Of a stretch of DNA of 64,000 nt, positions 53,101-64,000 are shown piece after piece. The notes under the pieces were generated by a model. That model was not told the origin of the DNA and did no database searches. It worked only from the letters and a program-made list of their open reading frames with translations. A program made the position numbers and the translations under genes. The stretch is taken from NCBI RefSeq assembly GCF_002105155.1, contig NW_019028998.1, positions 558,001-622,000 of the forward strand, written 5' to 3'. The number at the start of each line of letters is the position of its first letter. Within the stretch, counting starts at the first letter, position 1. Source of the DNA: Lobosporangium transversale (taxonomy: Eukaryota).

Positions 53101-53324
53101 TCACTACATCAAGGACCATTTCAGATCAAAACAATCTAAACAATCTAAACAATCAAAAAATCTCCTCCAACAAACAAATAACCCATCAACCAATCCCAAC
53201 CAACCAAAGCTTGCCTTCTTTTTGTTTGTCCTAAAATAACCCCTTTGTTGTGTACAGTAACAGTTGTACGAGACAGCCTCATCTCACTCACTCTTTTCAC
53301 TCCAACCCGCACTCTGTTTTTGCT

Positions 53325-53357
<33 letters not shown>

Positions 53358-54033
53358 CATTCTTCTTTCCCGATAATACATGAATACATGAGGAACGGAT
53401 GGATGGGATGAATGGGATACATGAGCTTTTCATTTTGCCCTGTTCTTTTATCGATCTATTACTCCATGGACATTAAATGTGATATTCTAAACATTTCCAC
53501 TCTTTTCCTTTCTCTCTCTCTCCATGTGCAACCTGCTCTCTGTTTTTCTTGTGATTGTCGTCTTACTTGGTGTCTAATCGCGATCAAACTTTTTTCTTTT
53601 TTTTTTTCCCACCATTATATTACTGTGTGAGGGATGAATATCGTATTGAAATGACCGACAAATATTTTAGATATCATATAATATCATGTTAAACTATACT
53701 AACAGATAATGAGAAAGCGTGGAAGGAGGGCAGAAAGATAGCGAGATTGCAGAAATGGCCCATCCCTTTTGTTTATATCTCTTATTAAGCCTAGATTCTC
53801 ACAAATCCTTTGTTTGGCTGTAGTCGTGTGATGGCTAAAGGAACATTTTGAATGCATTTTTTTTTTCCTTCAGTGGACAACAATAACCAATGATTGATTT
53901 GGTATTTACTAATGGCTATCCCTTTTCCTCCTAGTGCTCATTCCACACATCTTAACGCACGCGAAGAAACCATGATAGCCTTGGTCTTCTTTCTCTAATA
54001 TGTTGCCATGTCCAATAATGTGTCCATGTCCAT

Positions 54034-54068
<35 letters not shown>

Positions 54069-55721
54069 CCACGGTAAATAAATCCGCCATCTCCAATCTC
54101 TCTCCGGCGCACAATGTGTTTGCCCTCTGAAACATCTTTTGAACTATTTCCCCTCGGAAATAAAAAAAAAAAAAAAAAAAAAAAAAAAAGTGGACTTACC
54201 ACATGCATTACAGATCGTTTGTCCATCGCTGGCGCGTCGCCAAAGAGGGGTTTTGGTAGTACCACAGTTAGCACAGCTGGTACCTGTGACTCCTGGTTTG
54301 GATTCCTTCTTGACAGCACTTCCCAAGGTTTTGTTGGGCTGTGAGGATCCAGCTGCATCTGTCCCTGACTTTGTACTCGGGTTTGGTGACAGAGTCTTGG
54401 ATCTTGAATCATCTTCATTGGCGAGTGTTGAGGATGAATCAGGCGATGCCAACCTCTTCTTGCCTTGGGTTGAGGACAGAGATTCGACAGAGATATCGAC
54501 CATGTTTGCATCCCGATCATCTGGTCGGCTCAGATCATGTTCCATCTCCATCCCAGATTCCCGGTCTATCTCAACATCACTCTCACCCATCTCTTCATCA
54601 CCCACTACCTCATACTCTTCACCCTCCATCTCATATACCTCCTCGTATTCCTCTTCTTGCTTTACTCTGTACAATGCAGATGGATGATCATCTTTTGAGG
54701 CAATATCTCCGTCCTGAGTTTTTGATTGTGGGAAATGAGGTTGCTGCGAGTGTGCTTTTGGGCTGGAGATATGGATATCCTCATACTTTGATGCTGGCGT
54801 TGGATAGGCATTCGAGTAACTGCTGCCTCCCAGATGGCGTAGACTAGCATCTGCCTTGTTGAAAGAAGAGAGTGGGGCTGAGGAGATGTGGGGATGTGAA
54901 GGATAGGGCTTTGGGGAGATGATGGTCGTTTCGGTGACGGAGGAAAGAGAAGAGAGCGGTGCGCTGGTGGAAATTCTACTTCTCAGTGAAGATGACAAAG
55001 CGTTTGAAGTAGGGATCGGGCGACCCTTATCAATGTTGTTCATACTAGAACTAGAGGTCATGGAGGAAGGGGAGGGTGAGAGTGAGGTGGGGGTCGGTGC
55101 AGGAGGGCCTGTAGAAGATGTAGGGGAGGCTAAGGGTGCCGTTACTGCCTCGCCTGGAACAGAGGACGACGACAAAGGACCGGGCGAAATAGCTTCTGTT
55201 TTGACTGTTGATATTGTTGGCGCTGATGTTGATGCTGATACTGATGGTAAGGATGATGGCTGTGTAGGGGAAGAAACTGAAGGTGAAGGCGAAAGCGGAG
55301 CCAAGATCGGTGATGAGGACGCGACTGCTGAAGGAGCAGGCGGGGTGACAGGGGAAGATGGTGTCCTTGAAGCCATTGAATTGTCCTGGTGCTGTTTCTG
55401 GGTGTCTATTGGTAAAGGGTGAGTCTGTGTCGTAGTTTGGCTATGACCGGGTGGACTAGGGGCTGTGGTGATAATTGATGATGATTCTGCAGATGGCGTT
55501 GCAGCAGAGACAGATACAAGTGATGCGGATACTGTCGTCATGGGTTCTGTTGTTAAAGTTACTGCTGATACTGATGATGATGTTTCTTTTATTGAAGTCG
55601 TTAAAGTGGAAGTGGCAGTTGAAGTTGTATCAGGGTCTGAATGCAGCTTCACGGCTGGAGAGCTGTCCGCGTGTGGGCCAGCAGGTGCTGCGACGACTGG
55701 TGCTGTTTCAGCCAGCGACAT
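50196..55721 (-). CDS. sreA: Iron-responsive GATA repressor (SreA/Fep1/Urbs1 type)
   Basis: Two GATA fingers (CANCGTTKTPLWRR...CNACG|LYYK and CANCRTTTTPLWRR...CNACGLYYKLH) flank the Cys-rich CPGDGNCNGAGGTHTCSGCP. C-terminal coiled coil. Intron 52592-54199. Start codon uncertain. Confidence 0.9.
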
Positions 55722-56771
55722 GTACAGATGGAAGAGTGATGCAAAGGGGGCTATGTCAATTTTATATAGAAGAGGCAAGTGATCAAGGAAAAAAGGAGAA
55801 AGAAAATGAGAATTAGCTTGGACATGGACCATGAAGGGGATTTCATGGAGTGGAGCGAGACATGCTTTTTTTTTTTTTTTTTTAGGTTACCTTGTATTTA
55901 TTTTTTATTATTTTAATGAGAAATAGAATGAAGAAAAAGAGGGGGGAGGGATGATTAAGATAGTGGGATGAGGATGAGATGGGGAGTAAGGGAGCGGAGA
56001 GAGCAAGACAAGGCGAAGTAAAAGAGTATGAGTGAAAGAAGAATCAAATCAAAAGGAGTAGAGATAAAATTTGAATGTGCATGAACAGGCGTTATAATGA
56101 TATAAAGAATAGGGAAGAGAGCGAAAAGGAGTGAGAAGAGGGGAGAGAGGAGGAGAAGGTAAAAAAGAGGGCCCAGGTGATAAAATGGTGGACGAATCTT
56201 ATCTTGTGCGTTGTTGAGATACACTATCACAAAATAATATCAAATCAAATCATATCAGTGTCTGTAGACAACTTGTCTTGCCTCAATCTGCTGATCAAGT
56301 GAGAAAACTTTTTTTTCCCGAAAGACGCATGAGCTGTGAGGCAACAATAATTTTCTCTCTTTCCCAATGATTCTTGCATTTGTTTTTTTATTTATGATTA
56401 ACATCTTGCTTGATATTCAAATAAAAATAGACTCGACTCGATCCATCATTATGCTCCTTAATAAAAATAGTCACGTTGCTACCCAATCAACCTTTTTTTA
56501 TTTTATTTTATACACTTGCTGCCCTTGGCCTTTTGTGTCTGATCTCTTATAATCATCATCGTCCCAGCTTTGCAATCTGTCTGTCCATTTTTTTATCAAA
56601 CCATCTATTTTTGTTTCTTCAAGGTAAGCATTCCATCTGGTTCAGCAAATGTGCTGCACATTACTTCCTTACCCTCTACATCCAGATCGCTAACTCTTTA
56701 ATTTTAATCATCTTGGACGAAAATAGCTTTTCTTTCAACCCATCACTTTTAACCCTCAACTTTCTACAATA

Positions 56772-57915
56772 ATGTCCAACGCCGTTGATGCTCTCGATAT
56801 GTCTCTTGATGACATCATCAAGACTCAAAAATCCAACCGCCGCACTAACGGTCCTCGTGGCGGTCGTGGAGGCCCTCGTGCATCCGGCCCTACCCGCACT
56901 GGACGCCAGAGCCGTGATAATAAGCCCTACACTGCCGGTGCTCAGCAGTACCGCAATAATGCCTCTGCAGCACCTCTTCACACATCTGTCATTCGCCAGA
57001 ACACTCCCGATGGCTCCAAGATGCAGGTCTCGAACCTTGACCGCCAAGTCTCTGCCGAGGACCTGAAGGTAAATTGACGGAGACGAATATTTGACTGGAC
57101 TGGACTGGACTGGACTGGACTGGACTGGCCTGAACTAAGCTGGGCTAGACTGAACCAGAGGGGCAAGGCGCTTGCTAATACAAGAACCAGGCGAGCCTCG
57201 TGTCTCCTCTGCGTATCATGCTATCTGGTGTTCTCCATTACCACCGACCTTGATCATCGCGATCTGTCCTTGATCTTTATACAGAGTCACATTGGCTCTA
57301 GCTTATGCGGCTATTTCTCTACACTGTTCTCTTTGTGCGCTTCGAAACCAAGTCAACTCGGTTGCCAAGATGATGAATCGAAATGGTTGGATCGAAAGAA
57401 CACAGGGAGAGTGGTCGTAGCGCTTTGAGGACAATGGGCAGTGGGTTGCTAAAAATGTGGCGGTGATGTTTATCCAGTTACTGCGTGTATCCTATCTTGT
57501 TCAGACGTACCAGAGCCATGACAAAAAAAAAAAAAAAAAAAAAAAAAGATCAAACCAAACGTGGACTCGACTCTAACGGACGCCCATCTCGCACACTCTC
57601 CCACTCTCCTTCATGAATATCTCTCCTCCCCATCTCTCCTTTCCTTTTGTCCTCTCATTTCCCGACGGTGTCCATGTTGGCTCTTAAAAAAAACTGGAAT
57701 GTATGTACGCCGTCATTTAGCTTGTCTTTTCATCCAGAGTTGGACCTCTCAAGAAGTGCACTTTGATGTACGACCAGAGCGGGAAGTCAACTGGTACAGC
57801 TGTCATCCATTTTGTTCGAGTCGGAGATGCCGCTGTTGCCTATAACAAATTTAACGGAGTCCCCCTTGATGGTAATTGTTGTTGTAATTGACTATAATTA
57901 TATATTGCTTTTGAC

Positions 57916-57946
<31 letters not shown>

Positions 57947-58362
57947 GTGGAACCTTTTACTAATCATTTGCTGCATCTTGGATAATTCATAGGACGCCCT
58001 ATGAAGATTGAAATTCTCTTGACACCCACTGTTGCTCAGGCTGTCCTTCCCCCTGCACAAGCACCAAGGTAAGACATGATTTCACAAATATTGAATAAGA
58101 ATTGTTTTTGGCTCTGATGATTTAGACTGATTTTTTTATTTTATTTATTTATTTATTCATTTATTTATTTATTTATTTCTACTCGATCAGGGCATTGACC
58201 AACAATAACCAGGGACAACAACGAAACCCAGGCCACAGCCGTGGTAGCCGTGGAGGTCGTGGACGTGGACGTGGAGGTCGTAGCCATGGCGAGAAGAGAG
58301 AAACCAAGACTGTGGATCAGTTAGATGCTGAGATGAATGACTACATGCAAGTCGATTCCTAA
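56772..58362 (+). CDS. YRA1: mRNA export adaptor (REF/ALY family)
   Basis: N-box LDMSLDDII, RGG region, RRM MQVSNLD...|LVFSSRVGPLKK...YDQSGKSTGTA...FNGVPLDG|RPMKIEI, C-box KTVDQLDAEMNDYM. First intron 57069-57720. Confidence 0.95.
57092..57128. repeat. (GACTG)n pentanucleotide repeat just after the YRA1 5' splice site
   Basis: About 7 perfect units followed by degenerate copies. Confidence 0.9.
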
Positions 58363-60309
58363 ACCATGGATAAATTTTTCTTTGGTTTCCACACACATGT
58401 TTACCACCAATCCACTGAACCCACGTTCTGGATTTGATGAATGTCAATTATAATGTTAGAATTGTCTTGGATTTTTATTTTCATTTTCATTTTATTTTTT
58501 ATTTTTTTTTTGTACTCGACACCTTGATCTATTTCTGACGATACTATGCCCGTTCAAGCTGCTTTGATTCATTCCCAAATACCGCACAGACATTACTAAA
58601 TAAATGTACAAAAAAAAATAACTGTGTTTTGGATGATCCTGACTTGTGTTTGTTTCTTGTGCTATCCTTGGTGACAATGGACATGGGATCATAAATGAAA
58701 ACGAAGCTTTCACGTGTCTAGAATACAGGCATGGGTCATCATTGGTATTTTCACTATTACGTTTTGGTTCAAAATATTAAGTCCAGCAGATAATGAGTTA
58801 TTTTTTTTTTTTTTTTCTTATTGAGTCTTGAAATGTCAGGCATATCAATACGGGCCGTACAAGGAAGGATAGCCAGTCAGGTATCAGGCCATATCTGATG
58901 TCCGGGTAAACAATTTCTCTTTTTTTTTTTTTTTTTTTTTTAGAATTGGATGTGCTGAGACTTTTGCTCTCTACGGTGGCATTAAGCAGCCATGCATTTA
59001 ACATGGCTTCTAAGGATGTACAGTATAACAGTCTATCGTAGCATGAGACGATGTCGCAGAGAAGCAACTTTTTTGTCCATAAATAACCTTGAAGCAACGC
59101 GCGTCTAAACTTAACTTTATACTCCAGTACTAATGTATATACACACTAGTATGAGGAGCAGGACTAAATGGATTTGACAGGTAAGAGCATTTCCTTGAGC
59201 GAATATCTGGAAAGGGTTCGATGTTTGTCTTGCAAAAGAAAGGTAGGGGAAAATAAAGAATGATAAATAAATAAAGATGAAAGAGAATCGCTTTTGGGCA
59301 GAAGATGATGGGTATAAATGTTTTCCCAGTTGAAGGTTTCCTTGCTGGAATGCAGCATGCATGAATTTTTTAACTCAAAAAATCATAAAAAACAATAAGG
59401 TTCATGCAACGTTTTTTTTTTTTTTAATTACAAACTGCTGTGCTAAATTATATCGTGATGATTGTATCTGTAACAATTGGTTATCTTTATGCCTTGATAC
59501 ATTGTCCCATGATTCTCGCCATTATTTGGTTTAGAGTAATATACAATTTAAACTGGTGATGCGCACCCACCAGCACTTATCCACCATAATGTGGCATGCC
59601 AGCCCAGTGGGCCAATGGAAACAATGGTACGGTACATACCAAGGAAGTGAAAGAAGTATTAGCAGCAGTAACTGATGAAATTTTTCTTTTTAAAAGAAAA
59701 AAAAAATAGTCTTTCGAGGGTTCCAATCACATTGCAGTCAACCCATTTGGTCCTGTGAATCCCGGCATCTTTGTAGGCCCCCCTTATTTCTCTGCTCATC
59801 CTGAAGGTGTATTTTTATATATCTAATGAATAATAAATATAGCCTCTTTCCGTTTTGAATCATGACCCCCCATCTTTTCTTTTCTTTTTTTTTATTTTTT
59901 ATTTTTTTTTATAACTTTATAACTTTGAGCGTATTGCATGTTAGACACCAATCATTCGTTTTAGTTTGACAACAGTAACCCAGACGGATGGTTTACAAAC
60001 GTTGCACAAAGAGAAAACAAGTTTCTTCTTCCGAGTGAAAATGCATTAACACAAAATAAATACTCCCATCTTTTTTTTTTTTTTTTTTTTCTTTATTTCT
60101 CTCTTTTACACACACATACACACACTCTCTATATCTTTCTTTCTTCTGCCCTCAGTTCCTCATTCTCCCTCATCTTCACATCCTCTTCTCCACAATCCAT
60201 ACTCATTACATTCAGCTCTTTCAATCACCTCTATTATCAATTGCTGAAGATCCATCAACCATTTATCCCTGTACACAAATTTGCAACGTTCAAAACAACG
60301 AAAGAAAAA

Positions 60310-60585
60310 ATGTCTGCAGACGAGTTAAAAAAAACAGTTCTTAGACTCAATCGACTATCACAGATAGTCAAGTTCCATCCCAAGAAGGGGAAATCACCTT
60401 GGAATCATGCTACTGACTCTACAAAACGTTACGATTACATTATCATTGGAGGTAAACCCTCATTTTTTATTTTTTATTTTCTCCTTTCTTCATTGAAGGA
60501 CCTAAAGTGGTTTTTTTTTTTTTGCAAAAAAAAAAAAAAAAAAAATGACAGTCAAGTTGATTTGGTGACTTAAACCTCTCGCGTG

Positions 60586-60619
<34 letters not shown>

Positions 60620-62741
60620 CAGGAGGAGCTGCAGGGTGCGTAATTGCGAATAGGCTTGCAGAAGATCCTGAAGTAAATGTCCTAGTCTTGGAGGCAGGAT
60701 ATTCAGACGATATATTTTCTTCCCGCACGCCGGGATTGGCCTTCGCCACGTTTAAGACACCCTGCGACTGGGGCTATCGCACGGTCCCACAGGAGCATGC
60801 GGGTGGACGATCGTTGTTGCAGCCCCGAGGCAAGATGCTTGGTGGTTCTAGCTCTATCAATGCTATGATCTATCATCGTGGTGTGGCCTCAGACTTTGAT
60901 CACTGGGAAGAGTTGGGCAACCCAGGTTGGTCCTACAAGGACGTCTTGCCCTATTTCAGGAAATCAGAGCGTTTCAATGCGTCTGATTCAACTTCACAAT
61001 TACACAATGACTTTACAACATATGAGCCAGAATATCATGGGACCGATGGTCTTTGGCAGGTGTCCAATATTTCGATGTTTAAAGTGAGCGAAAAGTTTTT
61101 GAGAGCCGGTGAAGCAGAGGGCATCAGCCTAAATAAGGATCTTAACGGAACTAGTCCTTTAGGGGCTAACAAAGCTCAGACATTTATTCGAAAAGATGGT
61201 GTGCGCAGCTCGTTGGCGAGAGCCTTTTTAAGAGAAGATGTAGTACCTGGAGGCAAGAACGGTCGAGGTACAATTCGGGTGATCTTTGGAGCACATGTGA
61301 ACCGTATCCTCGTGAAAACCGACAAGGAAAACGATGGAGCCAAGGTGGCTACAGGGGTCGAATTTATGGACCATAACAACAGTAAGTGATTTTTATTCTA
61401 CATTGTTCCAAAAAAAAAAAAAAAAAAAAAAAAAAAGCTCTCTTTTGAGCATTATTTATTTTATTGATATTTATTTTGGTTTATTCCTAAAAAAAAAAAA
61501 AAAATACAACTAGTTCTTAGGCGCGTCGAGGCTTCTCGAGAGGTACTTTTGAGTGCTGGCACATATGCATCGCCTCAAATCCTTATTGCTTCTGGCATTG
61601 GACCAGCCCCTCAAGCCTCCATCCCACACATTCATACTCTCCCGGGTGTGGGTGCAAATCTGCAGGACCATCTCTTCCTACCTCTTGTCTATAAGGTCAA
61701 TCGAAAGTGTGCCACTATACAAGGTAATATGGACCCATGGAAGGCCTTTAAGGAGATCCTCAAGTATACCATCAAGGGTACCGGTACCATGACCAGTAAT
61801 CTGGCGGAAGCCCTCATATTTATGCGACTCGAGGATATGTCTCCAGAATTTGTGACTCGTGAAAAGGCAAATGGAACATATATTGAGCGCGCAAGTGGCC
61901 CAACGGCGCCACATGTTGAATTCATTATCATCCCTGGTTATGCTCGAGCCCAGGGTGAGGCTATGGCCCCTGATAAAGAAAACTATATTACTTTGAGTGT
62001 GGCATTGTTGAACCCTGGTTCAGTAGGCTCTATCAAAGTGGTAACTAGACAAGCTGAGGAAAAGAACTGTAGCACAGAGTGTACAAATGAAAAGGCCTCT
62101 TCAAGTCAGAGTCAGAGTAGGATTGTGACAGAGCCCGTAATCGATCCAAACTACCTAGCAGACCCCTTTGATGTCAGGGTTTTCGCAGAGAGTTTACGGT
62201 TCCTTCGAAAGATTGGTCGACGACTCGGTCAGGACCCAGAAGTGGAGGCTGTGGAGGTGTACCCTGGAGAAGCGAAGGTACCGGATGATGACGAAGAAGC
62301 CCTTCAAAAGTATGCTCGCGAGAATACCGAGACTGTCTATCACCCTGTATCTACGTGCAAGGTAAAGCGAAATGATACGTCATGGCGCATGACTATTAAA
62401 AAAAAAAAAAAAAAATGCCTTTCCGATGTTTATGTTTATTTTCATCTTCCAAATGCTTACCCAAAAAATTCTTTCTCGCGGTAAAACCTCAAAACCTTAT
62501 TACCAAAATTGTAAAAAACATCTAGATGGGCCCTCCGACAGACCCGATGGCGGTTGTTGACCCTGAATTGAAGGTGTATGGCATTAATCATCTGCGGGTG
62601 ATCGATGCAAGTGTCTTCCCCAAGATTGTTGCAGGTCACACATGTCCGCCCACAGTGATGATTGCTGAGAAGGCATGCGATTTAATCAAAGTAGACTGGA
62701 AATCTAGTGCACCACCTTCTTATGTATCTACAGATGTGTAG
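60310..62741 (+). CDS. GMC (glucose-methanol-choline) oxidoreductase
   Basis: Four exons. Motifs [72 protein letters not shown]. Confidence 0.95.
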
Positions 62742-63587
62742 GCTATTGGTCATTCTGGTCCTTCTGATTCTACCATTCCCTTGGTTCAAGGGTTAGTTAG
62801 AGTATAAGCTATTTTACTTTGAGGCCCTTTTTGCAACAATAGCATAGTTTAACATAGTATAATATTAATATAATATATATATATATATAATAATATAAGA
62901 CAATATAGTCAAAGCCGGATATTGTAGTCTAGACCTAGTCTAGATTCAAGTCCAGAGAAAATATCATAATGTGGATATGGTACAAATATACAGATAAATA
63001 ATATAATTGCCTCTGATGAAATGAAATGCCTTGTTGCCTTTTTATACCCTGCAAAGAATTTTATTCGGATGAGATCTCATTGGTGTGCCTTACTCCCACA
63101 TTTTCCAAGATTCATAACAAATCATGGAAGATTATCTTGAACCGAGACAATTTGTGAAAAATCCGTCTCGTCCGATTTAGGAAATGCACTCCGAACAGGT
63201 CCATGACGATCTACACTTCTTTCCATTTGTCCGAAAAATAAGGATGGATCTACAAACATGGTCTCCGACCAGAAACCAGGGATTTTTTCGTAAAGAACAT
63301 TAACGAAAGCAAACAAAGAAACAAAACAGTCAAGAAAAAGTATTTAAATACCATTTCCTTTTCACTTCATCCTATACTTTATCTTACTACTTATCCATTT
63401 CATTCTCGCTTTCATCTTCAATCAAACATTGAAAATTTCCCTAACTTTCCTTTTTCATTTTAAAAACACATTCATTTTTCTTTTCTTTTCTTTTCTACTC
63501 CACACTTCACATTCCGACATTGAAAAAAAAACACACACACACACACACACTCTCTCTCTCTCTCTCTTCACATAAACAGATAAGACA

Positions 63588-64000
63588 ATGGAGCATATCG
63601 AGAGATCCCAATTGTACAACGATCCCGTGTACCGATTCCAATATGTAGCAAAGTTCATGGACTTTGGTCAAGAAGACATCGATGCGATCAAAGGAGCTGC
63701 GGAGCTGATCAAGCCTTTGGTCCCAGCTGTTGTGGATGCTGTCTACCGCAAGCTTCACCAGTTTGACATTACTTGGTCTGTGATGGCTAAACGACATGAG
63801 GGCTATGTGCCCAAGGACGCCAAGGTGATTGAGGACGTTGCAGAGTTGACCGAGAATGCAGAGCAGATCAAGTTCCGAAAGGATATGTTGTCACGGTATT
63901 TTGCAAAGTTGCTGGAGAATCCGTATGACGAGAAGATGATAAAGTACCTTGAATACGTTGCAAAGATTCATACGGATACACCGACCAAGAAGTCCAAGAT
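63588..64000 (+). CDS. Protoglobin/globin-sensor-type single-domain globin (fungoglobin-like), truncated by the window end
   Basis: Open frame MEHIERSQLYNDPVYRFQYVAKFMDFGQEDIDAIKGAAELIKPLVPAVVDAVYRKLHQFDITW...QIKFRKDMLSRY...YLEYVAKIHT includes a proximal-His-like motif. Absent from the ORF track. Confidence 0.85.
   Translation, partial: MEHIERSQLYNDPVYRFQYVAKFMDFGQEDIDAIKGAAELIKPLVPAVVDAVYRKLHQFDITWSVMAKRHEGYVPKDAKVIEDVAELTENAEQIKFRKDMLSRYFAKLLENPYDEKMIKYLEYVAKIHTDTPTKKSK

Noticed and set aside
57369..57480. Box C-like ATGATGA in the YRA1 intron (C/D snoRNA?)
   Set aside because: No downstream CTGA box D or terminal stem; the motif sits in the loop of the larger hairpin.
58820..59100. Possible small spliced gene between YRA1 and the GMC oxidoreductase
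   Set aside because: The putative intron is only about 38 nt, there is no convincing start, and no recognisable product.
36317..64000. Iron-related 'cluster' (ISD11, sreA, globin)
   Set aside because: Widely spaced and interleaved with unrelated housekeeping genes; no evidence of a cluster.
1..64000. tRNA, rRNA, CRISPR, U12-type introns, in-frame UGA (selenocysteine) or readthrough-PTS1 signals
   Set aside because: No cloverleaf or repeat-spacer array seen. RTATCCTT hits are not at exon ends. The genes I reconstructed need no recoded stop, and the stop contexts I checked gave no PTS1.

Overview
Eukaryotic, intron-rich fungal DNA. Gene content, short GT-AG introns and long A/T homopolymer tracts suggest an early-diverging fungus (Mucoromycota/Mortierellaceae-like; inference). 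I reconstruct 22 protein-coding genes, mostly housekeeping or signalling: carotenoid-oxygenase-like, PHO13-like HAD phosphatase, PheRS alpha, carnitine carrier, G-protein gamma, Lte1-like RasGEF, Ngl/CCR4-like nuclease, cyclophilin-40, ISD11, eIF3g, RhoGEF, uL29m, an LRR protein, SreA-type GATA factor, YRA1, GMC oxidoreductase and a protoglobin-type globin. Several small multi-exon genes are missed or mis-called by the ORF track. I found no tRNA, rRNA, CRISPR array or recognisable transposon. Best leads: (1) an intact but catalytically degenerate ArgRS paralog that keeps the DALR anticodon-binding domain; (2) a YRA1 intron with a long stem-loop, a stop-containing cassette-exon candidate and a distant branch point; (3) a CINP-like gene; (4) a carotenoid oxygenase whose fourth Fe-ligand His appears replaced by Asn. 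All family assignments are by eye, with no database search.
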